Sequence record: AP017903.1
Length of the DNA: 40,000 nt
Direction: 5' to 3' (one strand)
Origin: Azobacteroides phage ProJPt-Bp1
Shown: positions 17,701-27,200 of the stretch, piece after piece
Layout of the letters: each line of letters starts with the position of its first letter
Numbering within the stretch: position 1 is the stretch's first letter
The notes under the pieces: generated by a model
What the model was told of the DNA's origin: nothing
Databases searched by the model: none
Seen by the model: the letters and a program-made list of their open reading frames with translations, nothing else
Position numbers and translations under genes: made by a program

Positions 17701-19752
17701 AATAATCCTGGCACAAGCACAGAGGCTGTTCCTATTATAGATGTGTATGATTCAGATGGCAATCTAATAGTAACTACAACATCATTCTATTACTTAATAT
17801 ATCGTAATGGTAATAAAACACGTATAAATTCATATACTAAAGTATGTGTTGTTGATCCTATGAGGACACAAATATTGAATGTCAAGGTTCATCAAAGTAA
17901 GGATGGTATAGATAGTCCTGTAAGTACTTATACTGTTTCTGTGTCTACTTCTATTCAAGGATTAATTAGTGATGATTCAATGTTTGTACAAACAACAAAC
18001 TTTAAATTTGGTCATGTATGGTTTAGGAAAGGATGGAAGACTGGAGGCGCTGGAGATATTATGGAGATGTTATTTTGCGGTCCTATAGGGGCAGAAGATT
18101 CATTGCCAGTCTATAGGCGTATTCCTGATTATACTAAGTTTAGAGCATTTATTATAGGTGGTGGTTCTACTGGTGGAGGGTCTGGTGGAGGAACAGCTAG
18201 AGGCGGTCAGACCGGTGGATATCAAGAATTCCTTGCTAGTGCAACTGGGACATTGTTTAAGTATTTCCCTCATTTTAAAACTCTTGAATTGAGAAGGTAC
18301 ATAGGTGCAGGCGGTCCTAATACTAACGGAGGTGGACTTGGTCCAGCAGGAAACCCATCATACATAAGGTATTATAGGCAAGAAGCAGGAAATGATGTTA
18401 AGAATAATGTTGTATTTAATTACTTATTAGCTCCTAGAGGGTATTGTTATGAAGATACTCTTGGACAGGTATATAACAGTGGTTATTACAATTCTGACAT
18501 AACAGGTTTTTCATATTCATATGCAGGACGAAGAGAAGGAGATAATAGTTCAATGTGTCTGAATAATAGCAATTTTTATCCAGGAACGAGATATACAGGA
18601 CAAGGAGGACAGCCAGGACGTACACATTCAGGAGGTGGATGCACAGGAAGCCCAGCAAGAGGTGGAGGTGGAGCAGGAAATGTTATTATGACATATCCTT
18701 ATGTATCTACTAATCTTGATGTTCCTTATTATACTAATGAAGGAGTCAAGTTGCTTGAAGTATCTCCAGGGCCAGGGATAGTAGTAAAAGATGCTTCTGG
18801 CAATCCTTATGTATGGATTACATATAAAAACTTGTACACAGGAGAGGAATTTGTTGATAAAGATGCTAATACTCCTAATGGTAGTCAGCAGTATGGATTT
18901 TGGAGCGATCCTACAGGAATGACGAATCAGATACATATTAAGAGAATTAAGGTACGTAAATCTGGTGTTAATAATCCTAGTCAAGAACAGGTCGGATTTA
19001 TATTTTCAAATAGTACGGTTGGTATTGTTTCTAATATGTTTGTAGCAGGTGACTTAGATCATCCAGAAAGAGGTGGCGTACAGATTATTGGTGGTAGTAT
19101 TACTATGGCTGAGTCATGGAGAGATTATTCCGGAACTATGTGGAATGTAGCTATAGTAAATAACGATGTTATTATTACTGTTGAAGCAGGGTTCCCTGAA
19201 GAATTTTATGTATTAGAAATACTTAATGCAACAGCAAACACATCAACAGGTGATGCATTTGATATATGGGCTAAGCCTGGATTATCAGGAGGAGGAACAA
19301 CTATGATGGTAGATCCTATACTTGGATGTCTGCCAAACCAATACATAGGAACATTTATTCATGCTATAACAATGAAAGGAGATCCAGCTACTGCTGTATT
19401 AACACCATTCTTTGGCAGATGTTTATTCAAGTTAGGTGCAAATACATGGGTTGGTATAGATCAGGTAACACCAGGAACTGGAGAATCAGCGAAAAGTGTA
19501 TTCGGTGTATTTACTGGTAATGGAACAACGAACACACCTGTAAGTGTATTTGCTACAAGTGTGCGTAGGTCTGATTTAACAGAGACGGCTACTGTTGTTG
19601 CAAGCACAACATGTACGTCAGAAGGAAAAGTGTATAGATGGACTAATGAAAGATGCGTAAGAGGTAGCAACACAACATTAGTTAATCAAGGATATAAGTG
19701 TTGGACTTTAGTATTAACAATAGATACGGTGTATGTACCACCACTTCCATAA
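14719..19752 (+). CDS. Giant tail fibre/adhesin-like protein (1677 aa)
   Basis: N-terminal module QGADKFIIIDNHAYYTTFSIEF shared with ORF 19949; internal ~110-aa repeats; HDSEFTGKGTQNDVLKL motif typical of fibre repeats; Gly-rich loops (GGGSTGGGSGGGTARGGQTGG; ARGGGGAGN) in the C-terminal half. Confidence 0.7.
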   Translation: MRLTGAPIHGDVRDIRQGADKFIIIDNHAYYTTFSIEFSTEEGTIQFVDDQIGTLFEAEIANLMIDGVPASTNPLELEVQIRPFERDVFTVDDIIRARYFVWRHHSWEDGDSLIQNTVEGYIEVKTIEGTDYESRMNIFPQQIDMTVLEGEDYTTFLRMGAKDFLIENGVRAFTIDQNKIELKYNQTRLMVANEDVRLNMPSSSTNLELIAKPSEILARIDRTSSNTSGSIRIQPELVWISSTQAPMTSGGILIRPGNVNLQTATGQEGVMASINLNGEWGTIDHGHGNTPEPANAIATYQEVQDSIYVYTYTDTALGWQVEENQTLLFAHTDIQPDLTNYVQALITHTDAESKVTEKLILNEPTDASVYIASNYDNGDKIAAINLEGGWATVDQVGGVTPRPWDSIATIEDIDVYADQYTFVQDGWNWKAFQDDALIFTYTANTNIVPAVTTDSTDSLVIDTTDANLSISQIDGDMTYSISVHQTDKALDLMVENNGTTPTLGYLRLNDEFTLLGSTGAIFSENGYVVVDSETDTTSSRPQNSVVQYSELEGLVNTVDTLDLETYHDSEFTGKGTQNDVLKLKFDSFSLEKWEDGTLAVSDYPLLWEELEALTNKVTVLEKNLTYVVVVYPYAEYDGGEAVLDYYVTHTFVTKNVYARLEYAETGMAIHDFVYTPIDHDVVKITFQEPPEGPFEVKIDRWLSFSTELGTYWNIFFVDEDKDVDTGTYHVRTYGPTQVKSGSDVMFMCDIDFPVYIESWDIYNCDSEGVPESMTDGYVVNKNIIHGTSTNYVIVNIPFSLTPGGNLLIDATPKMSDAYNPYLAGLTIINNLPITPTFDPTTLEYELSYPVAWDYGNVTVEPVLGVPNQTWSRTVVTTDPNCSGRSYPNINMGKTSIKIVVYSPNQIASVTYYIILKKYPVHVLNYFYAVLDINSGAMDQLADLGVTGNTEGCNGMLGYFYFSGSQLLSTITLQNLPVGVEKNNPVEVKFAYLMPNNPGTSTEAVPIIDVYDSDGNLIVTTTSFYYLIYRNGNKTRINSYTKVCVVDPMRTQILNVKVHQSKDGIDSPVSTYTVSVSTSIQGLISDDSMFVQTTNFKFGHVWFRKGWKTGGAGDIMEMLFCGPIGAEDSLPVYRRIPDYTKFRAFIIGGGSTGGGSGGGTARGGQTGGYQEFLASATGTLFKYFPHFKTLELRRYIGAGGPNTNGGGLGPAGNPSYIRYYRQEAGNDVKNNVVFNYLLAPRGYCYEDTLGQVYNSGYYNSDITGFSYSYAGRREGDNSSMCLNNSNFYPGTRYTGQGGQPGRTHSGGGCTGSPARGGGGAGNVIMTYPYVSTNLDVPYYTNEGVKLLEVSPGPGIVVKDASGNPYVWITYKNLYTGEEFVDKDANTPNGSQQYGFWSDPTGMTNQIHIKRIKVRKSGVNNPSQEQVGFIFSNSTVGIVSNMFVAGDLDHPERGGVQIIGGSITMAESWRDYSGTMWNVAIVNNDVIITVEAGFPEEFYVLEILNATANTSTGDAFDIWAKPGLSGGGTTMMVDPILGCLPNQYIGTFIHAITMKGDPATAVLTPFFGRCLFKLGANTWVGIDQVTPGTGESAKSVFGVFTGNGTTNTPVSVFATSVRRSDLTETATVVASTTCTSEGKVYRWTNERCVRGSNTTLVNQGYKCWTLVLTIDTVYVPPLP
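15532..16050 (+). repeat. ~110-aa internal repeat pair in fibre ORF
   Basis: ASINLNGEWGTIDHGHGNTPEPANAIATYQEV...YVYTYT...W vs AAINLEGGWATVDQVGGVTPRPWDSIATIEDI...QYTFVQDGWNWKAF; period ~330 nt. Confidence 0.7.
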
Positions 19753-19754
19753 TA

Positions 19755-19949
19755 ATGAGATGTTGTAAAGAAGAGAAGAATAACTATTTTACATTAGAAC
19801 ATGCTAGAAAGGTAGCTAAGCAGATGTCTTTAACAGAGAAGAAGAAGATCTGTGTTGTAATGAATAAAACAACGAAAAGGTATTTTGCTTTGTTCGAAGA
19901 TGCATATAAGACAGTAAAGAAAGAATTTAAGTTAATAGAGAAAATATAA
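19755..19949 (+). CDS. Small basic protein between fibre genes (64 aa)
   Basis: MRCCKEEKNNYFTLEHARKVAKQMSLTEKKKICVVMNKTTKRYFALFEDAYKTVKKEFKLIEKI; shorter start than the track ORF 19698..19949, and non-overlapping with the preceding gene. Confidence 0.5.
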   Translation: MRCCKEEKNNYFTLEHARKVAKQMSLTEKKKICVVMNKTTKRYFALFEDAYKTVKKEFKLIEKI

Positions 19950-21370
19950 TGGCACAACATATAGACATGTACGATATCAGGATTGGACCTGATAAGTTTA
20001 TTATAATAGACAACCATGCGTTATATACAACCTTCTCAATAGAGTTTGAGATTGAGGAAGGGTACATACAGTTCACTGATGACCTAGTAGGTGATGTGTA
20101 TATTGGGCAGATAGCTAATATGACTATCGATGGTGTGGCAGCAGCTACAACAGGAGAGGAGTTAGCTGATCAGTTAGGAGACTACATGACTGATGTACTA
20201 TCAGAAGCAGACATAGAGACATCGGGAGCAACACAATACGACTTCGTGGATGATGGTCTTGGGTTTCAGGTAAAGCATGAGAACAGTGTGGTATATGACT
20301 ACAGTGCGAACAAGCTTGTTCCTGTGACATCTGTATCAACAACAACAGGTACAGGTAGGATAAACAACCTAACAACAGGGATAATGATAAGCCATACAGG
20401 CACATCATATATACCAAGCTTGACTATACACAGCGGAGACCCAGCGATGTTGTTTGTGTTCAAAAATGGAACATCAACATTAGTTGCTTTGAGCAGTGAT
20501 GGTACGCTAGCAACAACGAAGAGTCAGAACTACAACACTATGCCGAATGGTGAGTATGTGACTAAGGCATTAGCTGATACAGCATATGTAGACACCTTCG
20601 CTAGTCTAGTAGGAGGATCATTCACAGTAACAAGGAGAGGGAACATAATCTTTAACTACTCAGCACCTCAGTGGGAGTACACCTTCAATAACCTATCAGG
20701 AGGGTTCGTAGTAGCAAAGAACGGGACAGTCATCTATACATATACACCACCGGTAGTGCCAGACCAGGATGTATACACCTTTGCTGACTATCCAACAACA
20801 AGCGGGTTTCAGGTAAGCAAGAACAGTACACCTATATACACCTACTCAGCTGTATTAGACACCTTCACTGATGAAGATGATGGGTTCAAGGTAGCTAGAG
20901 GAGGATCGACGATATACACCTACACCCCACCCGACTCAGCGGTAGACACGTTCTCCGACAATGATGATGATGGGTTTAAGGTAACAAGAGACGGACAGGT
21001 AATATACAACTACGACCCACCAATAGTAGGGGGATCATTGGACTTTGAGACCACAACAGACCAGTATGGATTTGTTACTGGATTCGAAGTGAAGGATGAA
21101 GAGGATGAGGTGTTGTATACTTACGCAGACGCACAGTATGGAGCACAGACGATAGGTACAGCAATGAACCTATACAAGTCTGGGCAGTTAGTGTACACCT
21201 ACGATGCAGCAGCTATAGTAGGTAGTGGATTTGCAAGGTCTATCATTAAGAGTGATTCAGGTGATGAAGAGTTGATGATCAGTCAGATTGCTGACGAAGT
21301 AGGTGGCTATACCATGGCACTTCTCCAAAGTAGCACGATTGGTGGTGGTGGCAAGCGAACTATTACTTAA
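19949..21370 (+). CDS. Fibre-like protein, N-terminal anchor plus repeats (473 aa)
   Basis: IGPDKFIIIDNHALYTTFSIEF module shared with ORF 14719; repeats F.D..GF.V...G..IYTYTPP. Confidence 0.65.
   Translation: MAQHIDMYDIRIGPDKFIIIDNHALYTTFSIEFEIEEGYIQFTDDLVGDVYIGQIANMTIDGVAAATTGEELADQLGDYMTDVLSEADIETSGATQYDFVDDGLGFQVKHENSVVYDYSANKLVPVTSVSTTTGTGRINNLTTGIMISHTGTSYIPSLTIHSGDPAMLFVFKNGTSTLVALSSDGTLATTKSQNYNTMPNGEYVTKALADTAYVDTFASLVGGSFTVTRRGNIIFNYSAPQWEYTFNNLSGGFVVAKNGTVIYTYTPPVVPDQDVYTFADYPTTSGFQVSKNSTPIYTYSAVLDTFTDEDDGFKVARGGSTIYTYTPPDSAVDTFSDNDDDGFKVTRDGQVIYNYDPPIVGGSLDFETTTDQYGFVTGFEVKDEEDEVLYTYADAQYGAQTIGTAMNLYKSGQLVYTYDAAAIVGSGFARSIIKSDSGDEELMISQIADEVGGYTMALLQSSTIGGGGKRTIT
20590..21220 (+). 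repeat. Short tandem protein repeats (F-x-D...GFxVxxxGxxIYxYxPP)
   Basis: GGFVVAKNGTVIYTYTPP, SGFQVSKNSTPIYTYSA, DGFKVARGGSTIYTYTPP, DGFKVTRDGQVIYNYDPP; approximate coordinates. Confidence 0.75.
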
Positions 21371-24266
21371 GGATGGGTACATAACAGCTGCACAGCACAG
21401 TTCGAAGACACGACCAACACTCAGTGTAGCAACGATGAAGGACCTACAGGAGATAGACTGGTTCGTAGAAAAAGAGGTTGAGGTAGTTGAGTCAACGAAG
21501 ACATCTACACGTAAGGTGGTGAACACATCTTCATTAGACTATGTATCAATGAGTAATGTAGAGGTGGACCCAGGGACATTGAACCAAGGGACACAGGTAG
21601 CTGCTTATGGGGATAGCATAGAGTTTAATGTAGAGGACTTCCTTAGTAGTGTAGGCACACATCTTATAATAGACAAGCAGGGTGCGGTGATTGACCGTGC
21701 GTTCATGTCTACGTTCATGACATCTACATCTACACCAGCAGCGAATGAGTTCATCACTAAGGCGTACGCGGATGCTACATACATAGATACAGTAGGAATG
21801 ACGGAGGTCAAGCATGATAGTACGTTGTTCGGTAAGGGTACGACAGATGATGAGTTGAAGGTTGTCACTGGGCAGTTAGCTAAAGCAACAGAATCATCTC
21901 TAGGTATAGTACAGCCAGATAATGCAACGATAATAATCAACGACCAAGGGATCATGTCTGCTGTGGGTGATGGTACAGGAATGACCTCAGTAGCACACGG
22001 AGACACATTGCTTGGTGCGGGTACGGCAGAATCGAAGTTGGATGTGGCTATGGATGAGATAGCAGACCTATTGCTTGAAGATGAAGCATTCATGGAAGCA
22101 GTAGGGGCAGATATACCAGTAGCGACAACAACAACAGCAGGTATAGTGATGCCAGATGGTGAGACGATATCTGTTGATGATGAAGGAGTTATAAGTGTTG
22201 TTCCTGGACTAGAGAAGGTTGAGCATGATAGCACATTGACCGGTGACGGTACAGTGGGTAATGAGCTTAGCGTAGTAGACCAAGGGTACATAAAGAAGGT
22301 AGAAGTCAATCCATTATCTCCATTAACAGGAGATGGAACAACAGCTACCCCATTGAGTTTAGACCTAACACCATATGTTAAGAAGACCGGTACAGCAGTA
22401 AGCATAGAAGCGACGGATACATTGTATGAATACACATTCGCTATGGATGGGCAGGGGATAAGCCTGACAGCTATAGAGGATGAGAGTGCAATGGCGTTAT
22501 CATCTACAGGACTAGAGGTAGTCGCTCCGGATTTCACTTGGACTCGACCAACACAGTGGGCATCAAGCATGAACTCAGTAGTGTTGGTAAGTGACCTGAT
22601 GCAGTACTTGCTAAAATCAGAGCATGGGACTACTTCAGACATGGATATAACTAGTTCACCTACACAGTTCTTGGTTAAGAGACAAGACTATGCTCTTATT
22701 CCTCCTATATCGTATTCATATGAAAGTATCGAATTAGGTACAGAGGTTGAAGGAGTACGGTTAACAGCAGAATCAGCAGAGGGAGATAAGTCATTCATTG
22801 CTGTCAAACCAACATTCGCAACTGTTAATAGTGATAGCTTCACATGGTCACGTGGGTCAGGGTACTCAGCAGGACCAGCAACGGTAGCTATAATGTCAGA
22901 TATACCTACGGATTATGTGAAGAAGAGCATGAGTTCAGGTACAGTTTCGACGAATGTAACTCAGGACGATGGTGAGTTTATTTATAATACAAGTAATTCA
23001 ACAGGTAATAATACTCATATTGAGTTTGAGTTGAAAGCTAATGCTTCTGGTTATCTTAAAGCATGGTTAGAAGGAGTGGCGCCAGTAAACATGGGTATTA
23101 ATGCACAATTGTATGGTGGAGCTGTATCATTTGGTATGACTGATACATCAGTGATGTTCTCTAAAGATTATGGTGTAGAGATATCAAGAAAATCTGGAGA
23201 AGATAGAGTAGAAATGACCATTGGTGACGATGCAGTTATAACTAGAGCAGCAAACGTAGCAGCAAATCGTGATTCTACATCCATAGCCACCCTAGCAGAC
23301 ATCCCTAACGATAGGTTGTTGATTGGGTCGACAAAAGTGTTCAGTGCTACACATGCAGCATGCGACTTTGAAGTATGGCAGTCAGGTAATGTGAGAAATT
23401 ATGTATTTTCTCCAAAAACAATTACATCAGCGTATGTAAATATAGCAACACTTCCTGGAGCATTAATACCAGCCTATAATTTAATAAGTGCAATGCCTTG
23501 GAATGCTGAAAATACTAACGCTCAGTTTGTTGGTTGGTGCTCGATTTCTGGTGGCGCTATTAATTATAGAGCAGCGTTTGCTAGTGTAAATGTTGGATTT
23601 AGAGTTACACTCACCTACATCATCCCAGATTCAGATCCATTGCAGCAGTACACCCAGAAGTTGAGTTTTAGTACGCAGAAGGTGTTTGAATTTAGTAATT
23701 CAGATGTGAATGCGAAGATAGTACGTAATGGTGCTATTGTGGATTATATGATCCAAACGAAGGTTGGTAAGGGGGGATGGACGAACATAACTACTATACC
23801 AGAAGCGTTAAGACCTACTGAGCCTCAGATTTGGCCAACAATACTAAATGCAGCATCAACATTCAATTTGACATGTGGTCATAGGATAGGTACTAATGGA
23901 CAGTGGTCATACATAACAGAACACTCAGTTGTAGCTGGCGAATGGCAACATGGGTTTTACCTCGATCCAAACTTCGATGGGGCGTATGTGGTTGAGAAAG
24001 AAACATGGCATAAGTATATGGAAGTTACAATGAGGAGTTACTATAATGGAGGAACTCCATATTCATTAACCTTCCCTAATGGTTGGGTGGCTCCTTCAGC
24101 AGAATATGCAGTAACAGTATGTAATGGGCCAAACACAACAACAGAGAGTGTTAATTTAACGTTAAAGACTAGGTCAACAACAGGATTTACTTACATACTT
24201 AATAATATTACACAAGTAGATAAAGGTAGTCAGACATATTACATAGGACTAATAGGCAAATATTAA
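21303..24266 (+). CDS. Tail fibre-like protein, distal part (up to 987 aa)
   Basis: Repeats VKHDSTLFGKGTTDDELKV, VAHGDTLLGAGTAESKLDV, VEHDSTLTGDGTVGNELSV. The track start is GTG 21303, overlapping the previous ORF; the first in-frame ATG after it is 21435. Confidence 0.65.
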   Translation: MAIPWHFSKVARLVVVASELLLKDGYITAAQHSSKTRPTLSVATMKDLQEIDWFVEKEVEVVESTKTSTRKVVNTSSLDYVSMSNVEVDPGTLNQGTQVAAYGDSIEFNVEDFLSSVGTHLIIDKQGAVIDRAFMSTFMTSTSTPAANEFITKAYADATYIDTVGMTEVKHDSTLFGKGTTDDELKVVTGQLAKATESSLGIVQPDNATIIINDQGIMSAVGDGTGMTSVAHGDTLLGAGTAESKLDVAMDEIADLLLEDEAFMEAVGADIPVATTTTAGIVMPDGETISVDDEGVISVVPGLEKVEHDSTLTGDGTVGNELSVVDQGYIKKVEVNPLSPLTGDGTTATPLSLDLTPYVKKTGTAVSIEATDTLYEYTFAMDGQGISLTAIEDESAMALSSTGLEVVAPDFTWTRPTQWASSMNSVVLVSDLMQYLLKSEHGTTSDMDITSSPTQFLVKRQDYALIPPISYSYESIELGTEVEGVRLTAESAEGDKSFIAVKPTFATVNSDSFTWSRGSGYSAGPATVAIMSDIPTDYVKKSMSSGTVSTNVTQDDGEFIYNTSNSTGNNTHIEFELKANASGYLKAWLEGVAPVNMGINAQLYGGAVSFGMTDTSVMFSKDYGVEISRKSGEDRVEMTIGDDAVITRAANVAANRDSTSIATLADIPNDRLLIGSTKVFSATHAACDFEVWQSGNVRNYVFSPKTITSAYVNIATLPGALIPAYNLISAMPWNAENTNAQFVGWCSISGGAINYRAAFASVNVGFRVTLTYIIPDSDPLQQYTQKLSFSTQKVFEFSNSDVNAKIVRNGAIVDYMIQTKVGKGGWTNITTIPEALRPTEPQIWPTILNAASTFNLTCGHRIGTNGQWSYITEHSVVAGEWQHGFYLDPNFDGAYVVEKETWHKYMEVTMRSYYNGGTPYSLTFPNGWVAPSAEYAVTVCNGPNTTTESVNLTLKTRSTTGFTYILNNITQVDKGSQTYYIGLIGKY

Positions 24267-24272
24267 TAGAAT

Positions 24273-27200
24273 ATGGCATTAACAACAGACACATGGGGAC
24301 AGCGCAAGGCGATGATAGAATGTCTTATCGACATGCTAGAGAACGACGTGTACATTGCTGCCGCCATCAAAGAGGACTTTGAAACTATTGACGAGAACGT
24401 CTCTGAGCGTTTGCTTGAGTACGTTAACGTTATCACTCGTTACAGTGACCTATTCCAGTCTTATTGGGATATACTCTACAACGAGAACGAGTACTCTTTT
24501 GCCTATCAGAGCGCACATGCACCAGCTGTTACTACCCCATCACCATCTGAGATGGATGATGAAGAGACGCAGTTCTCTGAGGTTGATGAAGATACTGAGT
24601 GGGACGAGGACCTACCTGAACCAGATGATGGAGATGATGATGAGGACATGTGGGAACTACGACAGTTCGTTAAGGGCGTATCTATCAATCATCATGACAG
24701 ACGGTTAGGAGGTATCTTTGATGGACTAAAGAATGCTGTTAAAGGTGTATTCAAAGACGCTAAGAAGACCATATCATCAGGTAACTTCATTGGTAATGCT
24801 ATTAACACAGTAGCACAGATGGTACCTGAAGGAACGAAGGACTTTAAGGGCATAGTCAACTCTATCAAAGACGGCTGTGTTAAGGAAGGCAAGTCGTTAT
24901 TAATGCAGGGAGCAGGTAAAGGATTAGAGATAGTAAAGGAAAAGGTTCTTGCGCCAATAGAGGAGAAGATGAAGTCTAACCCAATCACATCAAAGATCTG
25001 GGATGTAGGCAATGCATTGTTTGATGCTAGTGGTATAGGGACAACAATAAAGAAAAAGCTTGGGCTTGAAGAGCCTACACCAGTGCACTACGCACGTGTA
25101 GATGCAGACAAAGCCATCATAGGTGACACCAAGTACGAAGGATGGACAACGGTCCAGGGAGCGTACATGGACACCAATGCAATCAATACCAGTGCGTGGT
25201 ATGATTATAATAAGAACTTAGGATTACCAACAGAACATCTCGAACACCTTAAGTACCTACCACTAGGTGGTTCACTAAGGTCAGAAACAGAGATAGGTAT
25301 ATCCATCAAGACATATGTAGACTTATCACCTAACAACGATGCTGGACCAGATATCATCGCATTAACCTTTGAAGCCTCATCAGATGAGTACAAGGATCTA
25401 TACCTTAACTCTACTGAGATGACCAGGCTATCAATAGCATCTATCGGTCGGCAGTTTGCACGTAAAGCAATAGACCTAAGGGGATACAGAGTCCCGGTAT
25501 TATGTAAGTATGTTGTCTCACAGGATGATGAGGAAGGTACTGTATGGTCAGACTGGGGATTCTGGTCAGACTTGACATTCGGTATGGACCATAACGGATA
25601 CGTCTCAACAACACCAAATAACTGGGTGCCATGTGTGTATCTACGTAACCCATACTGGCTAGACAAAGCTAATGCAGGTATGCACCCAAGTGGAACGATG
25701 ATCAAAGGTGGTGGACCAGTAAGGATCATGCTTGGACGTACGTACGTGTTAGAGGTTGGTACAGGAACGATATACAAACAAGACGCAGCACCAGGAAACG
25801 CTAATGATGTTAAGTACTTCGACTGGACATTACGTGTCAAGGGTGAGTACAGACGTACTAACACAGCTGAGTATAACACATTCTATATACTAGACTTCTC
25901 TAGTATGAAGGAACAGTCACCTACTAATGATAACCCAGACAGAACAACATTAATCACACCTGGGAATATATGCATTAACAAGAACGACAGTAATGAAACG
26001 ATCTTCAAGTCTTGTTACTGTATGGCTACAGCAGATAATACAGGCGAAGCAGATATCCTTGGACCATTCGATGGACCAGATAACTACGTCAAGTACCAGT
26101 CATCAGTGACGTTCTATGGTACCGATGCATCAGAGTACTTCGTACGTAATACAGGATGTTTATTCTACTGGATGGAGCATGGTGTACCAGCTGTCATACC
26201 AGACTTGAACTTTGCTGATGAAGACAATATTGACACCAACTCATTCTGCTTCGTAGGAGGTAAGATAGTTGAACAAAGACTAAGCACCAGCACTACTAGC
26301 CAGTATCCACCAAACAGTAACAGGAAGATGTCTTTCTGTGTGTTAGACGCTACAACAGAGGTCTTTAGGATACAGAACCGTGGGTGTGTGGAAGCATTTT
26401 TTATTAAGACATATGCAGAATACATTAACTACAATATCAAGTTTAAACAAGGTAATGACGAGGAATGTTGGGAAGAACAGGGCGACAGCCCAATCGTTGC
26501 ATTGGGTGAGATGCCTAAGGAGTTCCTACCAGCAGATGATATCGTCGTACCGATAACAACCAAGTCATGGATACTAATCTCTTATACGGGTGAAGTAACC
26601 TTCACAACGTATGAGACTGAGGGACCTGGGTTCCCAGCTGCACTTGGAACAGGTATGACGTACTGCGTCACCTACCCTACTTTCCGTCCACGTACAGCTG
26701 GAGCATCTGCTACACTACCTACATCTAGAGGTATGGCATTACCAGCAGTGACAAGCAAATACAAGCGTATTCCATCGCTAAAGCACCGCCTTAAACGTTT
26801 AGCGGTGGACTACCTAGTGTATGACTGGACAGGGATCATGCTAACTGACTTCACTGTAGACTACGATGATGGTATAGTGCTCATGGCACCATATGACCTA
26901 AAGAATTTACGTAGACCAATATACTACCTAGGAGACAGAGTAGATACAAGAGAGAAGATGGCGGACTTGATTGATAATGTCAAGACAGTGATGATCAAGA
27001 TCGGTGATGGAACGATAATGAAACCATACTCGATCAAGGAAGTCAAACAAGAGAACCTCACTGGAACGATCTACAGTGGATACTACATCTTCTACGGCAG
27101 AGTAGTAGACTTCATGTGGGCATGGGATAACCTACAGTGGGTATATATGAATGCAGTTGAGATGACCAATGACCTATTAGATATCACAGAGGGTTGGGAT

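Noticed and set aside
21605-22642. 345-aa minus-strand ORF
   Set aside because: Antisense to a well-supported fibre ORF; no independent evidence.
14719-24266. Diversity-generating retroelement variable region in the fibre genes
   Set aside because: No reverse transcriptase ORF or obvious template repeat was seen in this window. It cannot be excluded elsewhere in the genome.
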